Shown: piece by piece, positions 52,160-64,000 of the stretch | How positions within the stretch are numbered: position 1 is the stretch's first letter | Layout of the letters: each line of letters begins with the position of its first letter | Origin: Lepidodermella squamata | Lineage: Eukaryota; Animalia; Gastrotricha | Assembly (NCBI GenBank): GCA_047495785.1 | Contig: JBLDXI010000034.1 | Location: 496,001 to 560,000, forward strand | Direction of reading: 5' to 3' | Length of the DNA: 64,000 nucleotides | Made by a program: the position numbers and the translations under genes | Notes under the pieces: generated by a model | Database searches by the model: none | What the model was told of the DNA's origin: nothing | The model's input: the letters and a program-made list of their open reading frames with translations, nothing else

Positions 52160-52702
52160 ATGGGCGACTATCACCATCATCACGACCACGACGATCATCA
52201 TCACCATCACCACCACCACGATGACCATCATTACGAGCATCACCACGACAGCTTTGGCATAGCCCATGCGTCACGTCATTGCTTGAAGCGAGTTTTCGGA
52301 TGTATAGCCGTCTTAGCTGTTATAGCAGCTATTGTAGCTTTGGTCGTAGTTTTCGGAGTTGATGGCGGTTCGTCTAATACCAACTCGACTACAACAACAA
52401 CTAGGAGGACCACTTCAATTTTGACTTCGACCCCGGTCACCACGAAAACAACGACGAAGCAGGGCAGTTCGACCAGCACTACGGCAGCTGCAACTACATC
52501 TAAGGCAACGACTACAACGACCAAGACAGCGACTACTACTACAACCACGAAAGCAGCTACTACGACAACGACAAAGCCAACGACTACGACAACGGAGGCA
52601 ACGACCACCACGACGAAGCAAGTTACAACTACGACGAAAGCGGCTTCAACTAGTTCAAGGACAACTAGCAGATTAATGAATTTATTTAGACAATTGGCTT
52701 AG
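52160..52702 (+). CDS. His-rich N-terminus, single TM helix and Thr-rich mucin-like stalk (probably 3'-truncated or spliced)
   Basis: MGDYHHHHDHDDHHHHHHH..., VFGCIAVLAVIAAIVALVVVFGV, poly-Thr/K repeats. Confidence 0.7.
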   Translation: MGDYHHHHDHDDHHHHHHHHDDHHYEHHHDSFGIAHASRHCLKRVFGCIAVLAVIAAIVALVVVFGVDGGSSNTNSTTTTTRRTTSILTSTPVTTKTTTKQGSSTSTTAAATTSKATTTTTKTATTTTTTKAATTTTTKPTTTTTEATTTTTKQVTTTTKAASTSSRTTSRLMNLFRQLA

Positions 52703-53477
52703 ATTTATAAATTAGGTAACGACGTGGTGTTGGAAATAAAACAAGAGTGCAGAAACGCTATAACCCGGCTTTTGTTTTTTCAAAATGGAAATAAGGGAAT
52801 TTACTCTATAGCTAGCCACGGAGAGATAAAAGAGATCGCAAATGCGCCGCCGATCGGCGAGGATGGTCCTCATGACAGGGTCAATAGGTGGTTGAAGAAA
52901 GAAACCCGAAAAAAACATCCAAGGTACCTAGCCGATAGCAAACACCTCTACCACGTGTTACCACGTGCTGGTAGCTAAAGGGTTAAAAATAAAAAAATCA
53001 TTGCAATTGGAATGTTCAAGGTCCTTCCGCGTCGGGATGGGGTCTTCAAGCGTCGAGCTCCATTCACGTTTCAGGTCGGCGATCGGAAACCAGCATGGTA
53101 ATTAGTGCAAGTTGGAATTTATTTCTGTAATTACCAAATACTGAATTCGCTCATCGCAATATCATGCGATTAGACAAGAGCGCTGATACCTTTATCTTTC
53201 AAAGAATTATTCATCTTTGAGTCAGCAACTGTTTCGCTATTTCTCTAGAATCGCAAGATAAATAAACTTCAATGAAGATGTCGTGGAAAAGATAAAATCT
53301 GACCAAGACCGTTCTACCGTCACACGGCACCCCCTAGAAAAAGAACCAGTATTTTTTATGATAAGACGAATTTCTTATCGCCGCAACTTGACAGAAATTG
53401 CGATTATTTCAAGCTTTTCTCCTGTTCTCTATTTCGCAAGGCCTATTTTTCGTTTCAGCCATCAAATTCAGGAAAGA

Positions 53478-55808
53478 ATGGATTCAAGGCCGCATCGATC
53501 TATCTCGGAGTTCACCTTTGTTCAAGACTTGTGTTATGGCCGCCTACGAAAATCTGTTTTGCGCAAACGTAACGGGACCAATCAGCAGCGAGTGGTCAAA
53601 GAAACCAACTTTACAACCCTTCGCAAGGAATTTGAAAAAGACTTTAACAGAATAGCTGAACTTCTGAACGAAAGAGTGAGTTTCAAGTTTTACGACTTAT
53701 TTTCGATTCAAAAGTATAATGAGGATAGTGAGGTTACTTCAAAAAGGTGGGATTAACTGGGGAATTTCCGGCTAACTTCCGGAATTTATGTAACAAGTAT
53801 GTTTCAAAAATCGCAGGATTCGTTAATGGTCAGTATCAGCCATGCAAACATAGTCAGGATTTACAGCACTTTCGAAGGTTTGCGATCCATTCTCCGATAC
53901 CAACATTGGCTAATGGTTGCATATCATAGAGGAATTTCAAGATTCTAGCATGAAGTATTTGGTGATGGAGTTCTGCAAAGGTGGAAGTTTCGAAAGCCTG
54001 ATCGCGACTGAGACTGAGCCAATCCCGGAAATAATGCTCCAAATATGGTCGCGCCAACTGGTATCAGCTTTGGTTTATCTTCACAGTCGAAGTATCGTTC
54101 ATCGCAACATAACGACTAGCAATGTACTGCTAACAGAATGCCGCAGCACAGCGAAACTAGCCGACTTGGGGATTATCGAGAAATTAGACACGTTAGATTG
54201 AAAAGAAGCAATTACCAGTTATTAAGATGTTATTACCAATCAGTGACTCACAACTGACTGCTCTAGCGAGGTGGAGGACTTCCCCTGCCGAGGTATGGAA
54301 CGGTGAACCGAAATCACCTGCAAGTGATGTCTGGTCGTTGGGATTCGCGCTCTACAAATTAGCCAACTTCAAAGAACCAGTATGAGAATTAACCTACGTG
54401 ATTAGTTACATATTTCGAAGCCAAATCATTTTCCAGTTCATTTCGGCGCCTGATATTACGAGGTAAACCGATGAGGTTGAATTCAGTGTTCATTGGTCGC
54501 AAGCTGGAATTTGTATCGTAATACCGCGCTTTGAGTGTCATGCCACTATAAAGTGAAACATGGTTTTTGACCACTTTTCAATTACGTCGATTATAGTGGC
54601 ATGTTTTGCATTAAAATTTGATCTGGCATGTCCTCAAAGCGCGGTAATAAGGTAATACTTATCAGTAATAACCTGAAACCATTTGACGAATCACGCGGCT
54701 ATTCCAATGAATTCCGCGATTTTGTCATGTCAATGCTCGCTGTGAATCCGGGTGATCGGCCGACCTCAATTCAGCTTCAAGCCGGTAGTTTTCTGAAGAA
54801 ATCAGCACCCATGTAGTATACAAAGGTATGATTAGTTCCCATTCCATCTGAAATGTTGCTGCAACCTTGATGCCTCAATTCTTTCATTCTTCAGCCAGAC
54901 CAGTCAGTCGTTCAACCCAACCAAGAAGCGGTTAAGGTAGCTGCAGATTATTTTTCGATTGATCTACGCTCTATAGAAATTAAAATAAACAGGAGCTGTT
55001 TGACTGCATATTGCGGCGAAAAGACTTGTTTAAATTGGTGCAACTGCTGTTGAACAGGAATCTCGGCCTTAGCCCAGACTGCGCAGACGAAGAGGGGTGT
55101 CCTCTGTTGTACCTTGCTGCTCAGAATGGCTACAGCGACATTGTGGAAACTCTGGCCAGGCAATTCAAGGCAGACGTTGAAGTTTGCAACAAAAATGGCG
55201 CGACGCCACTTTGGATCGCCGCCTTCAATGGCCACGCCGAGGTAGTGATTATGTTGGCTAAAGAGTACAAGGCCGATGTTAATTCTGCTGACAATGATGG
55301 AGCAACGCCACTGTTCGTCGCCGCCTTCACTGACCACGTCGAGGTTGTGTGGGTGTTGGCTAAAGAGTTACATGCCGACTTGAATATTGCCACAAATGAT
55401 GGCCGTACGCCACTGCGGGCCGCCGCCTTCAATGGCAATGCCACACTGGTGTGGATGTTGGCTAGTCTGTGGAACGCCGACGTGAATATTGCCACAAATG
55501 ATGGTGCGACGCCATTGTACATCGCCGCCCGGCAGGGCCATGTCGAGGTGGTGGAGGCACTAGCTGGGCGATGTTACGCAAACGCAGATGCTGCGAAGAA
55601 AAATGGTTGGACGCCGCTAATAACAGCCGCATATTATGGCCATCACATTGTAGTTGAAATTCTCCTCAATATATTCCGAGCCAATATCGACGCCGTGGAT
55701 AACGATAATAGGAAAGCCTTGTATTGGGCTGTGAACTGCAATGCAGGTGTTTCTGCCGACAAACAGCGGCAGACTATCGAAATACTCGAACGGGCAATGT
55801 CAAAATAG
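53478..55808 (+). pseudogene. Pseudokinase-ankyrin copy 6 with a premature TAG before the linker exon
   Basis: Full exon set; ATG-TAG-TAT-ACA-AAG at 54811-54825 where paralogs have CGG/TGG; ankyrin ORF 55011-55808 open. Confidence 0.75.
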
Positions 55809-56059
55809 CTTGCCGTCGAGCTCATGAGACGCACCAGGGCGCCAGGGCTCTTATCTCCCCACACAAAAATGTTCGCGTCGCGTGATAATGCAAAAAATCA
55901 CGTGTCATCGGAATATAATATTTAAACGCTTAAAATGTAGGCAAATGAAAAATTCATATTTTCATCCATTATTAGTTATTTATTTTTTTTAAACGTTAAA
56001 ATCTTGCAAAGGATAAGGACACTTAACGATGATATGGACGTATTTCTGCTTAACATTTT

Positions 56060-56310
56060 ATCAGTTAGATCATAATCGAGTCGGAGATGTAGGACTGCCT
56101 GGATAAGCTGGACGTTCAGGCCGATCCGGATTCCGAGAAGCCTTTGACAGCAAAAGAAGCGCGATCTATTCTTCGGGATCTTGCTTTCGAGAGTTAGTGC
56201 GAATTGCCTGAAAAAGGGCAAGGTGTAAGTCAGTTTGCTGACTTTTCGGCTGGAAACGACTGGATGTCAAACAATACTGGATTATCGACTTCGGAATGGA
56301 CAACGGTGTC
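56060..56310 (+). mobile_element. Short fragment of a second RLE-type non-LTR retrotransposon
   Basis: KGQGVSQF...NDW...EWT matches KGRGVSQF...NNW...EWT in ORF 57863..58792. Confidence 0.55.
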
Positions 56311-57147
56311 TTATTTGTGCAGGTTAGAACGTCGAATTTCCCAGCAAGACGGGGAAAGGGCCGGCGCGCATAGCACGGTTTCGCGGATAGCGAGCATTTC
56401 AACGTTTAGGCCAATAATTTCGACCACCTTGCCGGCAAGCGCCGGCCATGCAGGTGCTTTGGTGCAACATTCAACATGCAGAGTGCGTGAAAAGACCTCG
56501 GAACAGGACAGTTCGACTGGGTTGCCGAATTGATTTTCCGGATCCGTGCTGGCAGCGGCCCCACGACGGCAACAACTGGACACCAATCATTGAGGATTGG
56601 GGAGGGGAATTTCAAGGGGTAGTGATTTGAACCGTATTTGAACCTATTTGCTCAGCGCAAAGCTGCCAAAATAAACCAAATTAACGTCCTAGCATGGTTT
56701 TTTTACTGGATTGTTGATAGGAATATCGTAAAAAACTAATTTTCCAAAGGAATCGGCAAAACCGCGTCTTTTGACGTCAAAATCCCCCTTAGAAACCTCG
56801 GAGGGGTAAAGTTTGCACGGGGAACTCATTCCCGTTTCCAGTTTTCATAGCTATCACAGATCTGGAGATAATTAACTCTTTTTTTAACTTTTATTGCTTT
56901 ATTGCATTCAATCTAATTTTCATGAAAATAGCCGTCTAACACATCTAACTATGCAGTTTTTTGCGTAGATTAACGTGGCGCACTCGAAAATTCAATGGAA
57001 GCTAAGGTATTTGAGTTGTTCGACTCTCCGTTGGTCAGATCCTTTAATTATTGAAATTCATTAAAAACCGGTGTTTATTACCGGTATAAATCGGTTTAAA
57101 CTGGTAGGCGGTTTTTTTAGAATAAAAACCGGTCGGTGTAATACCCT

Positions 57148-57772
57148 GTGTTTGACTGTGTAATGGAGCGAAGAGACGTGTTGAAATTAGTTCAACTGCT
57201 GTTGAACAGGGACCTAAGTCTAAGCCCAGACTGCAAAGACAAAGAGGGGTGTCCTCTGTTGTACCTTGCTGCTCAGAATGGCTACTACAGTGACATTTTG
57301 GAAACTCTGGCTAGGCAATTCAGGGCAGACGTTGAATTGTGTAACAAAAATGGCGTGACGCCAATTTGGATCGCCGCCTTCAATGGCCACATCGAGGTGG
57401 TGAAGATACTGGCTGATAAGTTCAAGGCAAATGTTAATTCTGCCAACATAGAGGGCGCGACGCCACTCATCGTCGCCGCCCAGAATAGCCACGTCGATGT
57501 TTTGACGATGTTGGCTAGCAAGGCCGACGTGAATATTGCCGAAAAAGATGGCCGAACGCCACTGTACGTCGCCGCCGAGTAGGGCCACGTCAAGGTGGTA
57601 AATGCACTAACTGGCCAAGTTAACACCAACGCGAATGCTGCAAGGAAAGATGGTCGGACGCCGTTGATGGCAGCCGCTTATGAAGGCCATTACAATGTAG
57701 TTGAAACTCTTCTCCATTCAAGGATATTGTCAATGGATAATGCCAATATCGACGCCGTGGATGAAGATAATG
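57148..57772 (+). pseudogene. Ankyrin-half remnant, copy 7
   Basis: LKLVQLLLNRDLSLSPDCKD..., in-frame TAG at 57580-57582, truncated by the retrotransposon. Confidence 0.8.
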
Positions 57773-59665
57773 AGCTTACCATCTTGAGAAGAGTCGCGTC
57801 GTCAGAGATGGTACTTTTTGAATCCTCGCGCAGGTCGCGCAAGTCGAAAGAGAGAAAACCTTTTATTGGTATACTGTTTGAGTAATTTTTGAGTAAAGAT
57901 GATTATTCAGGATCCTAATGCTATCCTTAAGGATTTGATGGGCCATATCAACAGCTGTACTGCTGCTGATTCCGTAATCTTGAAGTAATTGGATCGCTTC
58001 TTTGGTTAGCGAGCCCCGTGTGCCGATATAAAGGCCGTGTACTTCTATCGAGTCCAAATCAAAGGCTTCGCAGATGAACTTGCTACACGGCTCGTAGATC
58101 GAACGCTTCTCAATGTCGACATCTCCGAATTGACCTTCTGATGATTCAAATCTAATTGTGGGGTCGATGATTGCTCCATGTCTGCTTCCTCTTCGAAATG
58201 CCAATATATCAAAACGCCGAGAGGATCCGTTTTCGGCTATACAGTGTCCCTCTTCAGTGACGTTGTATCCTTGGCGTCGTAGTTCCAAAGCAATCTTCTG
58301 GCGGATTTTGTTGTGCCTCGACGTTATCAGCAGCGAGTTAAAGGGGCAGGCGCCCAGAACGTGTGCTAGGGATTCAATCTCAGCGCCGCATCGGCGGCAC
58401 TGGCGTCCGTCCTGGCTGACACCCGGTACACCTCTAACTGGAGCCGTGTTAGTCGACATTTTCAAAGCCATCGTCCATTCCGCAACACTTCCATTTCTTC
58501 GCAGTACCCAGTTGTTTGTTTTCGGTACGCATTTAAACTGTGAAACTCCTCTTCCTTTTTGATCAAGGTTACACCATGATTGGAATTCCTTCATTCGTAG
58601 GCCGTTTCGAATCATTTTTACATCGGGCGGTAGAATCCTTTCAGTGTCTTCTGTGTAATTTCCTTCCGAGTCACCATCCGAGCCTTCATTCAAATCAGTT
58701 TCTGTTAAGTCAACTCCGATTCTAGCGAGACAGTCTGCCATTTCCGATTCAAGGTCCCTACATGCAAGTACAAGTGGCTCGCCGTTGATCAACAGCTTTC
58801 TGCAGATATTGTAAATTTGTAAATATGCTTCCCAGGACGCTTTTGGTTAACCGAGACCGCGGTGTTTCCGGGCAGAATAAAAGAAACTTGAAGGCGTGCC
58901 GGTTGGAAGTCCAATGAATTCTTTAACCACACTTCGCAAAATTGTATCGACAGAATCAAGGAACGTTTTCCTTATAGCTTTTGCAGGAGCGGTTTGAAAA
59001 GGATATATTAGTTTAGGCCATATAAATTGGGTCAATATAGTCAGCTTCTGGTCGGCGTGAAGAAGATTTGACTTTGCCAACAGTTCGAGCTGGTCTTTGA
59101 GTTCTGAGATAACAGCCCCCTCGTCAAAAACTATTTCATCTTTGAACGTGACACCCAAATATTTTATAGTTTCTTCTTCATCGATGGCAGGTATCAAGTC
59201 TCCATTGCTCAATACCAACGGCTCTGAATTGAGAACGCCATCTTCAACAATTATGGCGACACACTTTTTGACATTGACCTCCAAACCAATCTGCGAAAAC
59301 AAATTTCTTGCCATGTCAACGAGGTATGCAGCCGATTCGCGGCTGTTTCCGATAGGGGTTGTGTCATCGGCAAATCCAAGAACCGATACATTCGGTAGAT
59401 CAGACGACAATTTGAAGCCATAAGCGTCAGCAACTTCACGTTCGGATAATTCACGAAGGACATAATGAATGCAGAGATTAAATAGGTGATATCGGCGACC
59501 CTTGCATCACTCCGCGTTCAAACGTTATTTTAGATGTCCTGAGTCCGTTTGCTTCGATTTGAGTAGAATTATTACTCACAAGTTCCATAAGCATAGATCT
59601 CAAATCGTCCGGGATAGCTAGTGTTTCCAGTGTCCTACGAATATGCTCAAAACCGATGTGCCACA
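57773..59665 (-). mobile_element. 5'-truncated non-LTR retrotransposon with restriction-like endonuclease (R2/NeSL-like group)
   Basis: RGVMQGSPISP, GFADD, IKYLG (RT); CRRC..ESLAHVLGAC zinc knuckle; RHN, RFDI..IIDPT..EK (RLE); contains stops. Confidence 0.88.
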
Positions 59666-59797
59666 CTGTTAACAAGAAAAATCGATCTAACCGCACTGCT
59701 CGTCAAAAACGAACCTTCGCTGATTTTTGTGTTGTATCACTTGCATGGTAAAAAAATGACTAAATAATGCAAGAGGTACAGCCTATGATATGACTAT

Positions 59798-59799
<2 letters not shown>

Positions 59800-59828
<29 letters not shown>
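59800..59828. repeat. (TA)n microsatellite
   Basis: Seen directly. Confidence 0.95.
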
Positions 59829-59831
<3 letters not shown>

Positions 59832-62800
59832 GTTCATACATCTGAAGCCTTGAGAGGAGCAATGAATAATAAATCGGATGCTTCTTACAGTAACTCTTGT
59901 TCCAAGCTAATCGGCTCAAACCTGTGGTACTGCGAAAATGATATATGAACCATGGGACAGTGCCGGGTCAAGGCACCAGAAATCGACCATGGGCTTCTGG
60001 GCCTCTGACCGCGACCCAGCGAAGCTCTTAATCGTAAGTGACCCTTTTTGTATTGGTCCCGCTTTGGTATCTAAACTACTAAAACGACAAGTGACGGTGA
60101 ACTGGCAACCAGAAATACAAAGGAAACTAATAATCAAAATTTCAGAAATTAAGACTTTTGATGTTCACATTTGGTTAAAAATAAAAAAATTGATTTGACC
60201 TTCAAAACATTTTGCGCGGCGCGCGTCGTTCGTCGGCAGCCAGGTAGGCGACGGGAGCGCAAAACCTGCGAAACGTTGGCCGAACGAATGGTAAAATCGT
60301 TTTTAATACCGCTTTTATTCTTAGTTTAAATTCTTATACAGATTTAAAAAGAATTGCCCTAAAAGACATTGACCGCGTAAGAACCGCGCAAATTTCAAGC
60401 CAGAAAGACCCATCCCGAGTCCTGAGAGATCACCAATAACCTTGATCACATCTCGACCTTGCGTTACCTGTTGTCTGAACATTCGTCCAAGCATTGGTTT
60501 TAATTCTATTACTCCGCCAATCTTTATCATATCTCATTATCTCTTATTCAACTTATTATAGATAGTAGATGAGTGAGATGTTCTTATCACTGAGTATAAG
60601 CGTATAGCAAGGGATACGTTCCATGTTGCATGCTATGATGAAGTGAGTACTGCTTCCAACAAGGTTGCGTAACATTCGCAGATCTTATGATTAACTATGA
60701 GCTATGAGTTAGAGTGGCATATTGTGCAACTAGAACGTAGACCTTTTGGCTACCTTCCATTCCGCTATTCTGTTATCCATTCATGATCCTTCATTCTCAA
60801 TAAGCCTTCGGTAGAGAAACAAACTTTCAACCTGCACTGCTATTCTCATTTCTCACAAATAAGCTCTGCTACTTGGTTGAATAATACCAATCTCTGAGTT
60901 GAGAAATCATTCGTACATTTAAAAGAAAAGTATATAGATGAAATATGCGAGTTGGCGGTACGAGATCCAGGACAAGTATTCGTCCCTGGTCAAGTATAAT
61001 TAACTCATGCATTGTATCTTAACCGGTTCGTAATTTTATATTATTTGTTGTTTAATTAATTCTGACGGCTTAAGATCATTTTTATGAATTCCCTTTGATA
61101 TCAAAACTCCCTCAGTTACGTGATGTGGAGATGAGAAAGAGTTGAGTATGGCTAAACTGTTACTCAATTAACTTGATTTGTAGCCGTGTTACGTATTCAC
61201 ATGGAGGTAAGATCACCGATTCTTAGCTAGGCTGCACTCTATGTTGTGATAATAACAGGTCTTAGCAAGCTTTGCTGTTGGTGCCATCTTTCTGAACTCA
61301 ATGCTGGAATGCGACTGACTGCTGACTGGCATCGCGATGTCTAAATTCAAACGCTTAGCATATATATAACGCTGAAACCAAGAGTTTGACAGTGCTGTTT
61401 TGAAAAATTGAATAATGTTGTTTAAGTTGATAATATCGTAAGAAGTATTAAGAAATAAACTTTGTAAGCAATTTGTGCATTTTTATCATACAGTTGCGCG
61501 ACTTCTGTCTGTAGCCTTTAGGTCATGCCAGATAAAAAGTTGCTCTTCGATGAACTTATGCTTGAATAAAGTGAATGCAGGAAGATGTAACGGGAATAAT
61601 GAAAGACGTTTATTTCTTTCGAAACAACATCCAGGGCGCCCGCTTGCGGGCGGCCTGTATAGTCTAGTTTCATCTTAATTGCAAACGTTTTCCTAGGGCC
61701 CCAAGGCAATTGCCTTCTTGCTTAATGGATTATGGATGGATGATTAGATTGTCTGAATAGTTGGTTTAACATTCGAATATATGTTAAACTCACCGTTTGT
61801 TGGTGGCATTACTTGGGCTTGGTCGTAGTTCGTAGTAACTTGAAATAACTCAATATATTGGAAATATCTACGACCTTTGCCCTTTCCGTGGCGGATGAGG
61901 TGAACTAGCTTCGCTATCTCAGTTTAACTGATATCATTTTTGATGATAGCGTGAATTTCACGCTATAAATTTTTCAAAAGATAACCAACTGTTGAGAGGG
62001 CGAAAAAGCAGAGATATCTTACAATATTTAAACCCATCTTTTCAAACCACACGTCAAAACAGTGGGCACTGGTAAAAATAGCCTCCTCGCGCTTCCTCCT
62101 TAAATGATCACAATGCACAATAAAAGAGTGTTGCGCGTCTCATCCGTATTGTGCGCACCACTGTCCCTTTTCAGCACGGTGCGCTTATTATTCTATCAAG
62201 GCGAACGTGCACCTAATGAGCACGCCGTCCTATTATTAAGTAGGCTATTAGATGGTACACGCGCGCGCGCACGAGCGCGTCGTGAGCGCAAATTGAGTGC
62301 GCTTACTCGCGCGCGCTAAGTTCAAGTTTTATCATTTTCTGTAGCGCGTCCATACCTGAGCGCGACCACTTCTTAAAAATTAACTAGATGACCGATGACC
62401 AGAACGACAAAAATAATTTCGATTATTAATTTTGATGATGTGTATTTCATTTTATTTCTATTTGAATTTTTTTTTTAAATTCGCTGTATTGTTACTCCGA
62501 CCTATCCATAATGTGTGACTAGCAACAACTGAAAATTTTTGAATATTTACAGTGCGATTGGAATTTTCATAATTTTAGCGATAATTTCCAGTGAGCTCGT
62601 TCATATAAATAATAGTGGACAATGATAGGCTACAATTATACGATCCGAAGTAAACGAAAAACTCTTAAGGCAGCAAAATTAATTTTCTAAATTTTATTTC
62701 TAAATTTGTTTTCATTTTCGACATTTTTCCCTGTAATATTTATTTTGTCGCAAGTTTGCACAATTTCCATCGAAATATCGAGTCCATTTGATCGAGAACA

Positions 62801-63354
62801 AAATTTAAAAGTTTAATAGCGCTTTATTATTAGCGAGCGTAATTATTACCGATTATTACCGATATTAATTATAAAAATGCTCGCGGTGCAACCGCGGTGC
62901 TCACGGCACGCTGCAATTTAGGCCACTCACAAAAAAGGCGCCAACAGCCAGATAGTGCGTGCACATGCAAAGAATTTTCGCGTATTCGCGCATAAAAATG
63001 TTTGACGAATATAATGATACCAAACACGACTACTGAGCCGTCGCCGTCAAAATAAGTGCATGATAAAATATTTTTTCATTAGTTCTATCGTTTAGATCAT
63101 AGACCGCCAGTCATTTTGAGCCCAAGCTCGTCTCTCTAGCACTGACACTTTTTGCGTTGTTAATCGCGCGGTAAAACTGGCCTGGTTATTTGGAGCGGCC
63201 ACACGCGCAAATTTTGACATTCTCACTTTAATTTGTGATCACCTTCCGCTTGTTGTGCGCAAATTATTATGCATGCAGAATGTGCAGTAAATTACGAGGA
63301 GTCCAACGAGACCAAGCACGACTTGCTAGCTATCACGATTGCGGAGTTGAAGCG

Positions 63355-63385
<31 letters not shown>
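63355..63385. repeat. (ATT)n microsatellite
   Basis: Seen directly. Confidence 0.95.
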
Positions 63386-63386
<1 letters not shown>

Positions 63387-64000
63387 GAATTATTATCTTA
63401 ATTCGAAGTTTTGTGGTATAATAATAACGAGATCAAAGGCGCGCGCGAGAAATAAAAATAATTACTGTGTTGGCGTGGCTATTTTGCGCGCGCGCGGCTT
63501 GTTTGCTTAATTTTAGATAAAAGGTCGAACCATAATATGAATAGAGAACGGCGTTTTCTCATGATAAAATTTGATTTTTTTTATATTGTTAATTTTTTAC
63601 TGCTACCTGCTTAGTCGTATACCGCTGCAATTCCGAGTGGCCTCTTATAGCGCGTGGTATGTTAATAAAAGCGCGGCGGCGGCGCATGTTATGATATCAG
63701 CAGCTAGTAACGCACCGGATGGGGAGATTATTGTGACCGGATGTCACGCGCGCAGCAGCAGTGATGCAGCTAAATTTATTAATTTACTATCAGCCCAATA
63801 TTGTGGATCACAATTGGCTTTTAATTTAATTTGCCTCATCTCATCGCCTTTCATGTAAATCACGCTGGTGCTGTTTATGAAATTATTGATACTTCCGCCG
63901 CGAGGCTATAATTTCGGCGGTGTTACTGTTGCTCGCTATTATCCGCTAGCCTCGTTGTTTGTTGTATCCTGCTGCGTGTTTTATCGCTTGTATACGTTGG

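Noticed and set aside
57775-57850. Hammerhead ribozyme in the retroelement 3' UTR (CTGACGA next to the ACCATCT/AGATGGT stem)
   Set aside because: No correctly placed GAAA or stem II/III found
60500-61470. Possible solo LTR
   Set aside because: No TSD, second LTR, PBS or PPT identified

Overview
Eukaryotic (probably invertebrate animal) genomic DNA with short (~45-60 nt) GT-AG introns. The backbone is a tandem array of about 8 complete, truncated or decayed copies of a multi-exon gene that fuses an N-terminal pseudokinase (HRN instead of HRD, DLG, no Gly-rich loop) to a copy-variable stack of 34-aa ankyrin repeats. One His-rich/TM/Thr-rich membrane-protein ORF is also present. The array is densely filled with DNA transposons: two PIF/Harbinger elements, many MITEs and a 5'-truncated RLE-type non-LTR retrotransposon. 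The most notable content is two divergent RAG1-core-like DDE transposons (19618-27191 decayed; 41934-45576 apparently intact). Each pairs the RAG1-like transposase with a second gene ending in a Myb/SANT-like domain rather than a RAG2 kelch protein. The intact element and a related MITE make 2-bp TSDs and share a bipartite 34-bp TIR (CAT-N12-TTGCAG-N2-TCAAAGTCCAC). That MITE carries two outward-facing tRNA-like units. All protein-family calls come from motif reading by eye; no database search was run.
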